58,901 bases of DNA, filler included, from 9 parts of 9 records of this genome joined end to end with filler, not necessarily neighbours in it; one strand, 5' to 3'. Shown: positions 39,430 through 50,527, counted from the whole stretch's first letter. Notes: generated from the sequence alone by a model not told the origin. Program-made: numbers and translations.

Positions 39430-41136
39430 ATGCGCTATTCACAGATACTGATCCGGACACTCAAGGAAGTACCGGCGGAGGCCGAGGTCGTCAGTCATCG
39501 TCTTATGCTCCGGGCCGGGTTTATCAAGAAACTGACGTCCGGTGTCTATACGTACCTCCCGTATGGCCTGGCAGCTATTCGCCGGGTGGAGAACATCGTT
39601 CGAGAGGAAATGAATCGTGCCGGAGCCCAGGAACTGTTGATGCCGATGGTGCAGCCTGCGGATCTGTGGCAGGAGTCGGGACGGTATACAAAATATGGGC
39701 CGGAACTGCTGCGTTTCACGGACCGTCATGAGCGTGAATCCTGCCTCGGTCCGACCCACGAGGAGGTTATCACCGATATCGCGCGCAAGGATATTCATTC
39801 GTATCGCGACCTGCCCGTCAACCTCTATCAGATCCAGACCAAGTTCCGGGACGAGATCCGGCCCCGTTTCGGTCTGATGCGGGGACGCGAATTCATCATG
39901 AAGGATTCGTACTCGTTTGACGTTTCCGACGAGGCGGCCGAGGCGTCGTATCAGAGGATGTATGATGCCTACAACCGGGTGTTCGAGCGGTGCGGTCTGG
40001 AGTTTCGCTGCGTCGAGGCTGACTCGGGTACTATCGGCGGCAGCTTTTCGCACGAGTTCATGGTTCTCGCCGAGACGGGCGAAGATACGATCGCCGTCTG
40101 CAACGAATGCACCTGGGCAGCCAACGTGGAGAAGGCTGTGGTTGTCGCTGGCGACGCGGTCGAGAATGACGAAGCGCTCGAGATGGTCAAAGTTGAAACA
40201 CCGGGAAAGCGCAAGGTCCATACGGTCTGCGAGTTTCTCGGAATCGAGCCTGCCCGGCTGATCAAGACCCTGGTCTACATCGCCGACGGCGAACCGGTCG
40301 CGCTGCTGCTCCGGGGGGATCGGGAGGCTGAAGAGGTCAAGCTGAAGAACTACCTTGGTGTCAACGACGTCCGCCTTGCCGACGACAAGGAGGTCTTCGA
40401 TGCGACAGGTGTACCGAGCGGGTATCTCGGACCGGTCGGCATCACCATCAGGCTAATTGCGGACAACGAAGTGGCTCGAATGGTTGACGTCACCGCAGGG
40501 GCCAACGAAAAGAATTCTCACCTGCAGCATGTCAGCTACGGCAGAGACTTCAGCGCTCCCGAGACCGGCGATTTCCGGCAGTTTGCCGAAACCGACCCGT
40601 GCCCGGAATGCGGTGCCTCTATCCGCCTGGTTGAGGGGATTGAGGTGGGGCACATATTCAAGCTCGGGACCAATTACTCCGAGTCGATGGGAGCCTATTA
40701 CCAGGATGCGGACGGGAATGAATTGCCGCTCGTGATGGGCTGTTACGGCATCGGAGTAAGCCGGGTCGTGGCTGCAGCTATCGAGCAGAATCACGACGAA
40801 AACGGGATCATTTTCCCGGTTCCGCTTGCACCGTATCAGGTGAGTGTACTCAATCTCGACCTCAAGGATGAGGAGGTGAGCGGTGCGGCGGAGGAAATTT
40901 ATACGGAACTGAGAGAAGCCGGTTTCGACGCGTTTATCGACGACCGTGAAGAACGACCGGGGGTGAAGTTCAAGGATGCCGATCTGCTTGGGTTTCCCTA
41001 CCGCATCACGGTGGGTAAGCGGTTCAAGCAGACCGGGCAGGTAGAGGTTCGTGAGCGCAGGAGCGGTGAAACCGAGGATGTTGCGATCGAGGAAGTCATC
41101 GCCTATATAACCAGACAGACCAGTGAGAGTGAGTAG
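39430..41136 (+). CDS. proS: Proline-tRNA ligase with INS editing domain
   Basis: LGPTHEE, KFRDEIRPRFGLMRGREF, EVGHIFKLG, MGCYGIG. Confidence 0.97.
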   Translation: MRYSQILIRTLKEVPAEAEVVSHRLMLRAGFIKKLTSGVYTYLPYGLAAIRRVENIVREEMNRAGAQELLMPMVQPADLWQESGRYTKYGPELLRFTDRHERESCLGPTHEEVITDIARKDIHSYRDLPVNLYQIQTKFRDEIRPRFGLMRGREFIMKDSYSFDVSDEAAEASYQRMYDAYNRVFERCGLEFRCVEADSGTIGGSFSHEFMVLAETGEDTIAVCNECTWAANVEKAVVVAGDAVENDEALEMVKVETPGKRKVHTVCEFLGIEPARLIKTLVYIADGEPVALLLRGDREAEEVKLKNYLGVNDVRLADDKEVFDATGVPSGYLGPVGITIRLIADNEVARMVDVTAGANEKNSHLQHVSYGRDFSAPETGDFRQFAETDPCPECGASIRLVEGIEVGHIFKLGTNYSESMGAYYQDADGNELPLVMGCYGIGVSRVVAAAIEQNHDENGIIFPVPLAPYQVSVLNLDLKDEEVSGAAEEIYTELREAGFDAFIDDREERPGVKFKDADLLGFPYRITVGKRFKQTGQVEVRERRSGETEDVAIEEVIAYITRQTSESE

Positions 41137-41167
41137 GCGTTGATGGCGGCATCACGCTGAATGGACC

Positions 41168-43369
41168 GTGACGACTAAAATTTCGATGCCCCAGACTTCC
41201 GCGGTTAACCCCGGCGGTCTGAAACTGCTGACAGCCAACTACCTGTATGGTGTGGACCTGACGTCCATCGACCGTGCATGGGCGATGGCAGTCGACACCT
41301 ATCGGGGGGTCAGCCATTTTTCCGGCGAGCCCTACCTGATCCATTCGCTGGAGGTTGCCTCCACGCTTGCGTCGATGCATCTCGACCTCGATACGGTCTT
41401 GGCCGGGCTGCTCCACGGTACCTTGAAAAACGGGGTGAGCTTCGAGGAACTCGAAAAACAGTTCGGGAGCGATGTCGCGTACATCGTGGGCGGGACGACG
41501 AAGATCACCAGCGTCCAGTACAACAACCGGCTAACCAGCCAGGCGGAGAACGTCCGCAAGATGTTGCTGGCTATGGCCAAGGACATCAGGGTCCTGCTGG
41601 TACGCCTGATTGACCGGCTCCAGGACATGCTGCTGCTCGACCTTGTCGACCGGCAGAAACAGCTCGAAGTAGGCCGCGAGACGATGGACCTCTACGCTCC
41701 GCTTGCCAGCAGGCTCGGTATTGACTGGCTGAAGCGGCAGCTCGAGGATTTCGCGTTCAAGTTTCTCTACCCCTCCGAATTCGAGGACCTCAACGGCCGA
41801 CTGGAAAGTTCTTTGGCGGAGCGGCAGGATTATGTCGATGAGGTTATCGCGATTCTCTACGACAAACTCAAGGATGGAAACGTCTATCCGTCCCGTATCC
41901 TCGGGCGTCCGAAACACCTCTATTCGATCTACAAGAAATTGATCGCCCAGGATATTCCTCTCGAGCGGGTCTATGACAAGGTTGCGTTTCGGGTGATCGT
42001 CGATGAAGTGAAGGAATGCTACGAGGCGCTCGGCATCATTCACGCAAACTGGTCCCCGGTTCCGGGCAGGATTAAAGATTTCATCTCCGTTCCCAAGGCG
42101 AACAACTACCAGTCGATGCATACGACGGTGGTCGGTCCCGAGGATCATTTTATCGAGATTCAGATCAGAACCGAGGAGATGGACCTGATTGCCCAGGAGG
42201 GTGTTGCCGCCCACTGGGCCTACAAGGAAGGTCAGCAGGTCAACGACAGGGATGCCAGACTGTTCAAGGATCTGAAATCGCTGGTCAGTTCCCTGCAGGA
42301 CGTCGAGGATTCACGGGAATTCCTGGAGAGCCTGCGAGGTGAGCTTCACGACCCGGAAGTCTATGCGCTGACTCCCAACGGGGAAGTCAAGGAGCTTCCC
42401 GCACGGAGTTGCCCGATCGATTTCGCGTATGCCATCCATACCGAAGTGGGCAATCGCTGCACCGGTGCCAAGGTCAACGGCCGCCTCGTACCGCTCAGAT
42501 ACGTGATTCAGAACGGGGATATTATCGAGATTATTACGTCGCCGAACCAGCGGCCGCGCAGGGGGTGGCTCGACCTCGTGAAGACCAGCCGTGCACGAGC
42601 GAGGATCAGATCCTGGTTCCGTCGGGAGGAACGTGACAAGGCGCTGGCCCTGGGCCGTGAAATGTGCGAGAGGGAGCTGAAAAAATATGATATGACGCTG
42701 AAGCGGTTGATCAAGAGCGGACATATCAAAATCCTGTTCAAGTCCTTGCGCTGCAATTCACTCGAGGATATGCTGATCAAGGTCGGCAGCGGCGCGATAA
42801 CGATCGATTCCCTGATCAAGGCCCTCGATCCGCCCGAGATGCGTACCGAGCAGGAGCCGGCTTCCTCCGAGTTGACGCCAGAGCAGCTGGCTGAGGTGAT
42901 GGCCGGACAGGCGAAAGGTTCTGTCAATCGCGGAGGTTCGGCGATCAGTATCGACGGAATCGATGACATGCTGGCCAAGGTCAGCCAGTGCTGCAGCCCG
43001 GTACCGGGTGACCCGATAGTCGGCTTCATAACCACCGGCAGCGGTGTCTCGGTCCACAAGTCAGACTGCCCAAACCTGCTCAGCTCCGATCCGCAGCGCT
43101 GGATCGAAGTTTTCTGGAACAATCTGGAATCGCATAACTATCGTGTAGGAATCCAAGTCACGGCCGAAAACCGCCGTGGAGTATTTGCTGACATCAGTTC
43201 TGCGATCAGCGCTGACATGGCGACTATTCTCGAGATTTCCGCCCATGTAACTCCCGAGGATCGTGCCGAGTTCACGATTGCACTGGAAGTCAGGGATCTC
43301 GATCATCTTCAGGTCATCATGAAACACCTGCGGCAGATGGATGTGGTCATATCTGCCCGCCGCCAGTGA
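41168..43369 (+). CDS. relA: Long RelA/SpoT homologue (pseudo-HD, SYNTH, TGS, ZFD, ACT)
   Basis: SGEPY..H, GRPKH.YSIY.K, RIKD, YQSMHT, EIQIRT, AAHWAYK, DFAYAIHT, CC.PVPGD. The HD motif reads LLHGT. Confidence 0.9.
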   Translation: MTTKISMPQTSAVNPGGLKLLTANYLYGVDLTSIDRAWAMAVDTYRGVSHFSGEPYLIHSLEVASTLASMHLDLDTVLAGLLHGTLKNGVSFEELEKQFGSDVAYIVGGTTKITSVQYNNRLTSQAENVRKMLLAMAKDIRVLLVRLIDRLQDMLLLDLVDRQKQLEVGRETMDLYAPLASRLGIDWLKRQLEDFAFKFLYPSEFEDLNGRLESSLAERQDYVDEVIAILYDKLKDGNVYPSRILGRPKHLYSIYKKLIAQDIPLERVYDKVAFRVIVDEVKECYEALGIIHANWSPVPGRIKDFISVPKANNYQSMHTTVVGPEDHFIEIQIRTEEMDLIAQEGVAAHWAYKEGQQVNDRDARLFKDLKSLVSSLQDVEDSREFLESLRGELHDPEVYALTPNGEVKELPARSCPIDFAYAIHTEVGNRCTGAKVNGRLVPLRYVIQNGDIIEIITSPNQRPRRGWLDLVKTSRARARIRSWFRREERDKALALGREMCERELKKYDMTLKRLIKSGHIKILFKSLRCNSLEDMLIKVGSGAITIDSLIKALDPPEMRTEQEPASSELTPEQLAEVMAGQAKGSVNRGGSAISIDGIDDMLAKVSQCCSPVPGDPIVGFITTGSGVSVHKSDCPNLLSSDPQRWIEVFWNNLESHNYRVGIQVTAENRRGVFADISSAISADMATILEISAHVTPEDRAEFTIALEVRDLDHLQVIMKHLRQMDVVISARRQ

Positions 43370-43391
43370 TGGTCTTTCTCACAGGATGTGA

Positions 43392-43847
43392 GTGATGGCG
43401 ATGATCTGTGATGTCTGCGGCAATACTTCTGATACAGGCGGTGGTGCCTGCCGGTTCTGTGGTTCTCAATTCGATTCGGGGCCACTTTCCCCGAAGAACG
43501 GGAGTGTTGTTCATCGGATTGTCAATATCGAACAGGGCCGGCCATTCGTTGAGACGGCTCTGAGAAAGATGGAAAATGAGCTGGAGCACGCTCGAGTAGA
43601 GCGAGTTGGGGTGGTTACGCTGATTCACGGGTACGGTTCGAGTGGCAAAGGAGGAAGAATTCGTACGGAGTGCAGGAAGATGCTTGACTATCTGCAGCAG
43701 CAGAAGAAGATTAGTGCAGTGATTCCGGGAGAAACGTTCAGGAAACGCAACGGCTCAGGAAAAGCGTTGCTGCAGCGTTATCCGCACCTTGAAAGAAGCC
43801 TTTCATCAGATTTTGCTAATCCGGGTATTACTATTGTCGTGTTCTGA
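43392..43847 (+). CDS. Smr/MutS2 C-terminal domain protein with N-terminal Zn ribbon
   Basis: CDVC...CRFC; LIHGYGSSGKGG; NPGIT. Confidence 0.85.
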   Translation: MMAMICDVCGNTSDTGGGACRFCGSQFDSGPLSPKNGSVVHRIVNIEQGRPFVETALRKMENELEHARVERVGVVTLIHGYGSSGKGGRIRTECRKMLDYLQQQKKISAVIPGETFRKRNGSGKALLQRYPHLERSLSSDFANPGITIVVF

Positions 43848-43954
43848 CGGCGGGAGGCAGTCACTGTGCCGGCCCGCTATAATGCCTATATGTAGGTGAA
43901 ACCGATAGTTCTTCAGGGGCGAGGAGCCTCTAAAACCAACAATCAGGAGAAATA

Positions 43955-44707
43955 ATGAAGAAGATAATTGCAAGCGCGGTACTCGGTCTGTTTCTGTTGC
44001 CGCTCAGTGTGAACGCGGCGGAGGAATCGCTGGAAACGCTCCAGGCCAAGGTCAGTTACAGTATCGGGCTTGATTTAGGAAAATACTTGAACTCCATGAA
44101 GGACAAGATCGACTACGATATTCTCAAGCAGGGGATCGATGACGGGTTCTCAGGCGCGGAGCCGAAGTTGTCCGATGAGGAGATGGCCGCCGCCCAGCAG
44201 GAGTTCTCGGAAACCATGCAGGCAGAGCAGGAAGCGGAACTCGAGGCCATGAAACAGAAGAACGCTGAGGCAGGTGCCGCGTACCTCGAAGAAAACAAGG
44301 GCAAGGAAGGCGTTGTTGTGACGGACAGCGGGTTGCAGTATGAAATGCTGACCGAGGGCGACGGGGAGGTACCGACTGCAGAGGATGTCGTTAAGGTTCA
44401 CTACGTCGGTACGCTGATCGACGGGACCGAATTCGACAGTTCAGTATCCCGTGGTGAGCCGGTTACCTTTCCGGTTGGCCAGGTAATACCGGGCTGGACC
44501 GAGGCGCTCCAGCTGATGAAAGTCGGATCCAAATACCGGGTAGCGATTCCGGCCGAACTCTCTTACGGTGAAGCCGGCGCTCCGCCGGTTATCGAACCGA
44601 ACTCGGTTCTCGTTTTCGAGATCGATCTGCTCGGTATCGAGAAGGAGGAGCCAGCCCCTGAAGCAGCAGCCGCCCAGGAGCCGGAAGCGGAGAAGAAAAC
44701 CGAATAG
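43955..44707 (+). CDS. Periplasmic FKBP-type peptidyl-prolyl isomerase (FkpA/Mip family)
   Basis: Signal peptide, SYSIG, SGLQY, VHYVGTLIDGTEFDSS, VIPGWTEALQLM. Confidence 0.95.
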   Translation: MKKIIASAVLGLFLLPLSVNAAEESLETLQAKVSYSIGLDLGKYLNSMKDKIDYDILKQGIDDGFSGAEPKLSDEEMAAAQQEFSETMQAEQEAELEAMKQKNAEAGAAYLEENKGKEGVVVTDSGLQYEMLTEGDGEVPTAEDVVKVHYVGTLIDGTEFDSSVSRGEPVTFPVGQVIPGWTEALQLMKVGSKYRVAIPAELSYGEAGAPPVIEPNSVLVFEIDLLGIEKEEPAPEAAAAQEPEAEKKTE

Positions 44708-44735
44708 CTTTCTCTCTTAACAGGGATAAAAAGGG

Positions 44736-44835
44736 NNNNNNNNNNNNNNNNNNNNNNNNNNNNNNNNNNNNNNNNNNNNTTAATTAATTAANNNNNNNNN
44801 NNNNNNNNNNNNNNNNNNNNNNNNNNNNNNNNNNN
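44736..44835. other. Artificial contig linker
   Basis: Same 100-nt linker. Confidence 0.99.
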
Positions 44836-44938
44836 TGTGTCAGGTGGCCTGGCATGGCCGTTATTGTAAGTTTATGGTTTATGAGGCGCATAGTCAGTGT
44901 ACCCTTCAGGGCCGGATGTATACCATAACGACATGTCT

Positions 44939-45237
44939 TCAGCCGAATTTAAAGGCCAATCCATCCATAATATGAAGATACCCAAGCTTTAATTTATCTA
45001 TCTCCTTCGCTAGATAAAGATAGAACTCCCGATAGTCATCACAGCCCATATCATTAAACACACCGTTGGGTGAAATACGGACGCCAACCTGTTCCGGCGG
45101 CCACACCGTAAGGACTGCTTCCAGCACCTCTCTCAAAAAACGGAATCTGTTCTCAAAACTGCCACCGTACTCATCATCACGATGATTAGTGGTGGAATAT
45201 TAATCAAATATCCATTCGCACCATGCACCTCTATATG
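44939..45237 (-). pseudogene. Old yellow enzyme (NemA-like alkene reductase) internal fragment
   Basis: IEVHGANGYLI, then a deletion/frameshift, then TNHRDDEYGGSFENRFRF...VGVRISPNG...YLHIMDGLAF and an early stop. Both ends are missing. Confidence 0.8.
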
Positions 45238-45404
45238 CTAAGTCCCCCGTTCAAGACCCTCCCGGCGATGCACCGGTTGAGCACGATAGACCCAATTTGG
45301 AACTGCTGTGAACAGATGTCTTGGAATAGTTGGCTTTATCTGGTAATGAGAAGTACATGAAAAAGATGAAGAAAAGTTGTTATTCAGTACCACAGGGGTC
45401 TTTT

Positions 45405-45623
45405 TGCGGTTTTTTCGGCGATTCTTTACACGACTGTTCATGTATGGACGCTCAGGTCCAGCGCTATCACTCATGCATTTCAGGACCGCTCATGGATCGG
45501 ATCGATATTCATATTCAGGTTCAGGCCACGACTTACTGCGAGTTGACCGGTAAAGAAAAACCTGAAGTCTCCGTAGATAGCCGAAAACGGGTAAGGGCTG
45601 CCGGAGATATCCAGCTGACGCGC
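45405..45623 (+). pseudogene. comM: ComM/YifB (Mg-chelatase-like AAA+) internal fragment
   Basis: CGFFGD...CSC...QRY...ISGPLMDRIDIHI...RV..A..IQ..R, with no recognisable N- or C-terminus. Confidence 0.8.
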
Positions 45624-45697
45624 TCGATGATTCAGAATCCATCTTCAGACAACATGTGGCAGAAGCGGTGCAACATCGTGAGTCATAAAAAATACTT

Positions 45698-47802
45698 TTG
45701 GGAATGTTGGAGATGATGCGACAATTTGGGTCTGTATTTTCTTTTTTTCTGTTTTTGATTGTTTTTATAAATTGCAGTGTTGCAGGGTTTGCATCTGAAA
45801 TTGAAAGTCCCCTGAGTGAGCGCATCATCCGGGTTCGTGGTGATTATAACTATCCCCCATTTGAATATGTGAATGCCAAAGGGCTGCCTGAGGGGTTCAA
45901 TATCGATATCTTAATTGCCGTGGCAGAAGCCATGGGGATGGAAATCGCCATCACCCTTGGGCCATGGGAAGAGGTGAGAAATGCCCTTGAACAGGGAGAG
46001 ATCGATCTGTTGATGGGGATGTTCAATACCCGAGACCGAGATCGAAAGGTGGACTTTTCCATCCCTCACTTCATCTCATCTTATGCCGTATTTGTGCGGG
46101 AGGGATCATCCATTGATGCCTTGGGTGAGATCAAAAATAAAACAGTGCTTGTCCAAGCCGCTGATCTTGGCCATGATTATGTCGTTGAAAATCGCTTGAC
46201 CGACAACATTCTGACGAAAAGCAACTGGGAAGATACGCTGAAGTCATTGTCCCAAGGCCAGGGGGATTGCGCCATTGTCTTGCGGCTTCAGGGAATTCAC
46301 CTCATCAATCGATTGAATATTTCAAATATCAAGGCAGTTGGACCGCCCATCATTCAAAGAGAGTACTGCATCGCCGTTGCCGAAGGCAACTCATCGTTGC
46401 TCGCAAAGGTCAATGAAGGGCTTGGCATTATAAAAAACAACGGCACGTATGATGCCGTTTATGAGAAGTGGTTTGGGGTGTTTGATGAGCCCCGGACCGT
46501 CGAACCTGTTGTTGTTAAGTATCTCGACTGGATACTGTTTCCCATTGCCGGGGTGGCTTGCATAGGATTTCTTTGGTCTTGGTTGTTGAAGCAACAGGTC
46601 ACAGGGAAAACAAAAGAGCTTTGCACTGAGTTGAGTGAACGAAAACGGCTGGAAAAACAGTTGCGCCAGGCTCAGAAAATGGAAGCCATCGGGACTCTTG
46701 CCGGTGGAATCGCCCATGACTTTAACAACATCTTGTCGGCAATTGTGGGGTATACCGAGCTTGCCATTATGCATGCAAAGGAAAATAAAAATAATGAGCG
46801 GTGCCTTGAGCAGGTGCTGAAAGCATCCGGTCGTGCCAAAGAACTGGTGGGGCAGATTTTGACCTTCAGTCGGCAAAGGGAGTCTGAGCGTAAACCGGTG
46901 ATGGTCAAGGCCATTGTCAAAGAGGCGCTGAAGTTGATACGAGCAACGCTTCCATCATTCATCGATATCCGGCAGAAAATTGAGAGTGATGCCATGGTGA
47001 TGGGAGACCCCACGCAAATTCATCAAATTATTATCAATTTGTGCGCCAATGCCGGTCATGCCATGGATGAAAAGGGAGGGGTGCTGGACGTTACCCTTAG
47101 AAAAGACGTATTCGATGAAGAGGCGCTTCAGCGAATCTTCCCTACTCTCAAACCCGGTTCGTATCTCCATTTGGTCGTATCTGACGAGGGAAATGGAATC
47201 GCTTCTGATGTGCAGGATCACATTTTTGAACCATTCTTTACAACAAAAGCTTCTGGCGAAGGAACAGGGATGGGGCTTGCCGTGGTCCACGGTATTGTGA
47301 CCCATTTAGAAGGTGCAATTTTTGTTGAAAGTCAGCCGGGCCGTGGGGCTCAATTTCATGTTTTACTGCCTGTCACTGACAACAGTGAGAAGAATCAGAA
47401 AAAAAGACGCGTGATGTCGGTATGAGATCCGGACGGATTTTGTTTGTAGACGATGAGCCCTCACTGGCGGAGAGCGGGCAATTGCTCTTGAAAAGTTTGG
47501 GATATCATGTCGTCTCCAAGACAAGTAGCTTGGAGGCCTTGGCATTGTTCAAGGCTGAGCCGAATGCGTTTGATCTGGTCTTTACGGACTTGAGGATGCC
47601 GGCCATGTCCGGCGATCAACTGGCGGAATTGATGATTTCAATTCGGCCGGATATTCCTGTGATAATCTGTACCGGATTTAATGCCCATATGGAGTTGGAC
47701 GCGTTGAGGCAAAAAGGTGTTCAAGATATCTTGTTTAAACCCGTTTTTAGAGCCGATTTTGCATCATCCATCAAAATGGTCCTTGATGGAGAAACAGATT
47801 AA
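45698..47802 (+). CDS. Hybrid sensor kinase (periplasmic solute-binding domain, HisKA, HATPase, REC); split at A7 47399-47405 into 45698-47425 and 47422-47802
   Basis: GDYNYPPFEY, QAQKMEAIGTLAGGIAHDFNN, FEPFFTTK..GEGTGMGL, then ILFVDDE. One added A fuses the two ORFs. Confidence 0.85.
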
Positions 47803-47841
47803 TGCGTCGACAATTACCGATTTACCCTTATGATCACTACG

Positions 47842-49166
47842 TCATCCTCCATCCCTCTCTTCATAAATGGCCAGGGGGCGCTCAGATGAGGTAAATTGAG
47901 AGTTGCAGAATCCCTTAGCAGGGAGAGAGTGCTTCTTTTCCCGGTATCCGGCATCCAGTCTCCTGGGAAAGAAAAATACGGCAAGGATGAGTATGCCGGC
48001 AATAATGAAAAAGGGAAGTGTAAAGCTATCTTGAAGATCGTAGCACCATCCCGCAAACATTGGAGCCAATGCCGCCGGGATATTGGATGAGAAGATCCAT
48101 CCATAGACTCGTCCCATATTTGCAGTACCCCACAATACGGCAGAGGATGAGGCATAAAGCACCAGCACTCCGCCATAGTTGAAACCGGCGAAAAATGAGA
48201 AGAGATAAAATCCTCCTTTGGAATGCAATAAAAATGTGGAGGAGATGAGTAAAACAGCCTGGGCTAAAAGATTGGCTCGCACTACCCAAGAGGGCGTCAA
48301 TCGATCAAACAGCACCCCCCAGCTGATTCGTCCTGCAGCATTGGCCAGAGCAAAGAGAGAAACCGCAGTGATACCGGCGGTACCTGCGGAATCCGCAAAT
48401 AACTCCTTGAGATTGGCATTCACGGCAAATCCGGCAGCCAGACCGGCAAACATGGCGCCGTAGAGCAGCCAAAAGACCGTTTTAGACAGAATGGATGCCG
48501 CCGGTAATGGTTGCGGAGTGTGTTGAGATGTAAACGTGTAGGATTGCGGTTGAGACTGAGAGTGAGATTGGGGCGGTTGAGCTGAAGAGATTGCCGACAT
48601 CGACTCCGGCGGATCCTGCATCATAAAACCTGCGAGTAAAATCAGAATCAAAAACAGCGTTCCCATAAACAGGAACACATCAAACGGGGTCTTACCTAAG
48701 TTCTCCATCATCATGCCGCCGATTTGACTCACCAGTGCGGCGCCGCCCCCGAATCCGGCTACGGAAATACCGGTGACCATCCCCTTATGCCGGGGAAACC
48801 ATTTGATGCAGGTGGCCAACGGAACGATGTATGCCACCCCCGCCCCGATTCCTGCAATGAGACCGATACCGGCGACGGTCAGGCTGAAATGAAACTCGCC
48901 CCGGCTTGCCGTAATCCAGCCGATCCCGAACAGCGTACCACCCAGCATGGCGCAAAATCGAGGGCCTTTTCGGGAGAGAAGGGCACCGGAAAAACCATGG
49001 TCAGAGGGAAGATGAAGTAAAACACGGAAAACGGTAATTGCACGGCCCACTGACTCATGCCGGTCTCCCCCCGAATGGCCCCTACATAGACCGCCCAGGA
49101 GTATGTAGCGCCAAGGCAGAGCTGCATCATCACAGCGGCACTTAATATACGATACCCCCGCATCAT
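47842..49166 (-). CDS. OFA/monocarboxylate MFS transporter, frameshift at 48990-48994
   Basis: QLCLGATYSW, KWFP.HKG..TG..VAGFGGG, NAAGR..WG..FD, FNYGG. Confidence 0.85.
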
Positions 49167-49888
49167 CGCCGAACCTCTTTTCTATCCCGGAAAAACATCA
49201 TGACAAAGGTGATGTGATCCTTCATGGCGGAGTAGGCTTGATAGGAGTCCCTGGCCTTGATGGCATCCACAATTTTTCGATGCTGATTGAGGATGATATC
49301 GATGTTATCCATATTCTCATAGAGATGGGCCAGGTTTTCCCGGATGCCGTGGAACAGGTAATCGTAGAAATTCCGCATGATGAGAATCTGCAGGGGGTTC
49401 TTTGCCGCATAGGCCACGGCCATATGAAATGAGGTGTCGGCTTCAGTACCCAAACGTCCGGAGTGGACCTCCTTTTTCATCTCATCAATGGAGTGTTCCA
49501 TGGCGTTGATGTCGTTTTCATCCGCTCTTCTAGCGGCAAGGGCGGCGGCATTGCACTCCAGCCCCATCCGAACCTCCAAAAGATCCTCAATGGAGGCATC
49601 CTGGGCCTGCATCACCTTGGCAAGGGGGCTCTCTTCCTGGGGATCGGCGGCTTTGACAAAGGTCCCCTGCCCTTGCTTTTGAACGATCAGCCCCATGACC
49701 ACAAGACGCTGAATGGCATCCCGAATGGTGGTTCTGCTAACATTCATGGCTTCTGCCAGTTCTCGTTCAGGCATTAATTTTTCCCCGGGTTTGAGATTGC
49801 CCCGGTAAATCAATTCCCGTATCTGATCGAACACCTGATCAGATATTCTTTTGGGTTTGATGGGTTTGATCGGCATAGTCATAATCAT
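49163..49888 (-). CDS. GntR/FadR-family regulator (LldR/PdhR/GlcC-like)
   Basis: PGEKLMPERELAE.MNVSRTTIRDA, GQGTFV, FCD domain D..FH. Confidence 0.95.
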   Translation of the reverse strand: MIMTMPIKPIKPKRISDQVFDQIRELIYRGNLKPGEKLMPERELAEAMNVSRTTIRDAIQRLVVMGLIVQKQGQGTFVKAADPQEESPLAKVMQAQDASIEDLLEVRMGLECNAAALAARRADENDINAMEHSIDEMKKEVHSGRLGTEADTSFHMAVAYAAKNPLQILIMRNFYDYLFHGIRENLAHLYENMDNIDIILNQHRKIVDAIKARDSYQAYSAMKDHITFVMMFFRDRKEVRR

Positions 49889-49930
49889 TCTTCCATACTG
49901 TTATTTGATTTTCAAAGAGCATTGAGTTGG

Positions 49931-49961
49931 TTGGGGGACGGATTTATAATTCGTCCTCCAA
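49931..49961. promoter_or_regulatory. Imperfect inverted repeat between the Fe-S gene and the regulator (terminator or operator)
   Basis: TTGGGGGACGGATT-TAT-AATTCGTCCTCCAA; 12 of 14 positions are Watson-Crick pairs. Confidence 0.45.
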
Positions 49962-49988
49962 TCTATCTCAGTGGCTCCAAATCAATTA

Positions 49989-50527
49989 TTATTCCCGGAG
50001 TGATTCGGCATACAGCTCAAGCGGATGCCTCACTTTGATATCAAGTCCTTCCTTGGCCAACATATCCGAGATCTGCACCATGCAGGCCGGGCAACCGGTG
50101 GCAACGGTCGAACAGCCGGTATCGGCAATATTGTGTCGCTTTAGACCTCCGATTTGCGAGGAGATACCATAATGATATAGGTTGAAGCTTCCCCCATCCC
50201 GCAGCATTTGTCGGATCCCTCCATCTCAACCAATGATCTGCCCGACGCCTTGATGACGCTGCGCGGCTCCGTGAAAACACCCAAAGATTTTTTCAGATGG
50301 CAAGGATCGTGGTAGGTCACCCGCTCTTTTTCACTCTCGTCTTGCCCCGATATTGATGATGCCCCATGTTGACCCAGGGTCGTGTCAAAATCGGAAAAAT
50401 TCACTTTATCTACCAAAAACTGATTTATATCAAGGGTTTTTTCTGAGATACGTTTGATTTTGTCCTGAATCACGCTGGAATCCCCTTCATAAATGGAGGG
50501 CCATAGCTTCTTGATGGTGGAGGTGCA
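49989..50527 (-). CDS. CCG-domain Fe-S subunit (GlcF/lactate dehydrogenase type), 5' truncated, frameshift at 50191-50195
   Basis: TYHDPCHL, CCGMG|GSFN, TGCPACMVQI. Confidence 0.85.

Noticed and set aside
47396-47425. Programmed -1 frameshift at AAAAAAG joining kinase and receiver
   Set aside because: The heptamer is not in the A_AAA_AAG phase of the kinase frame, and homopolymer errors are common here. A genuine ATGA-coupled two-gene arrangement cannot be fully excluded.
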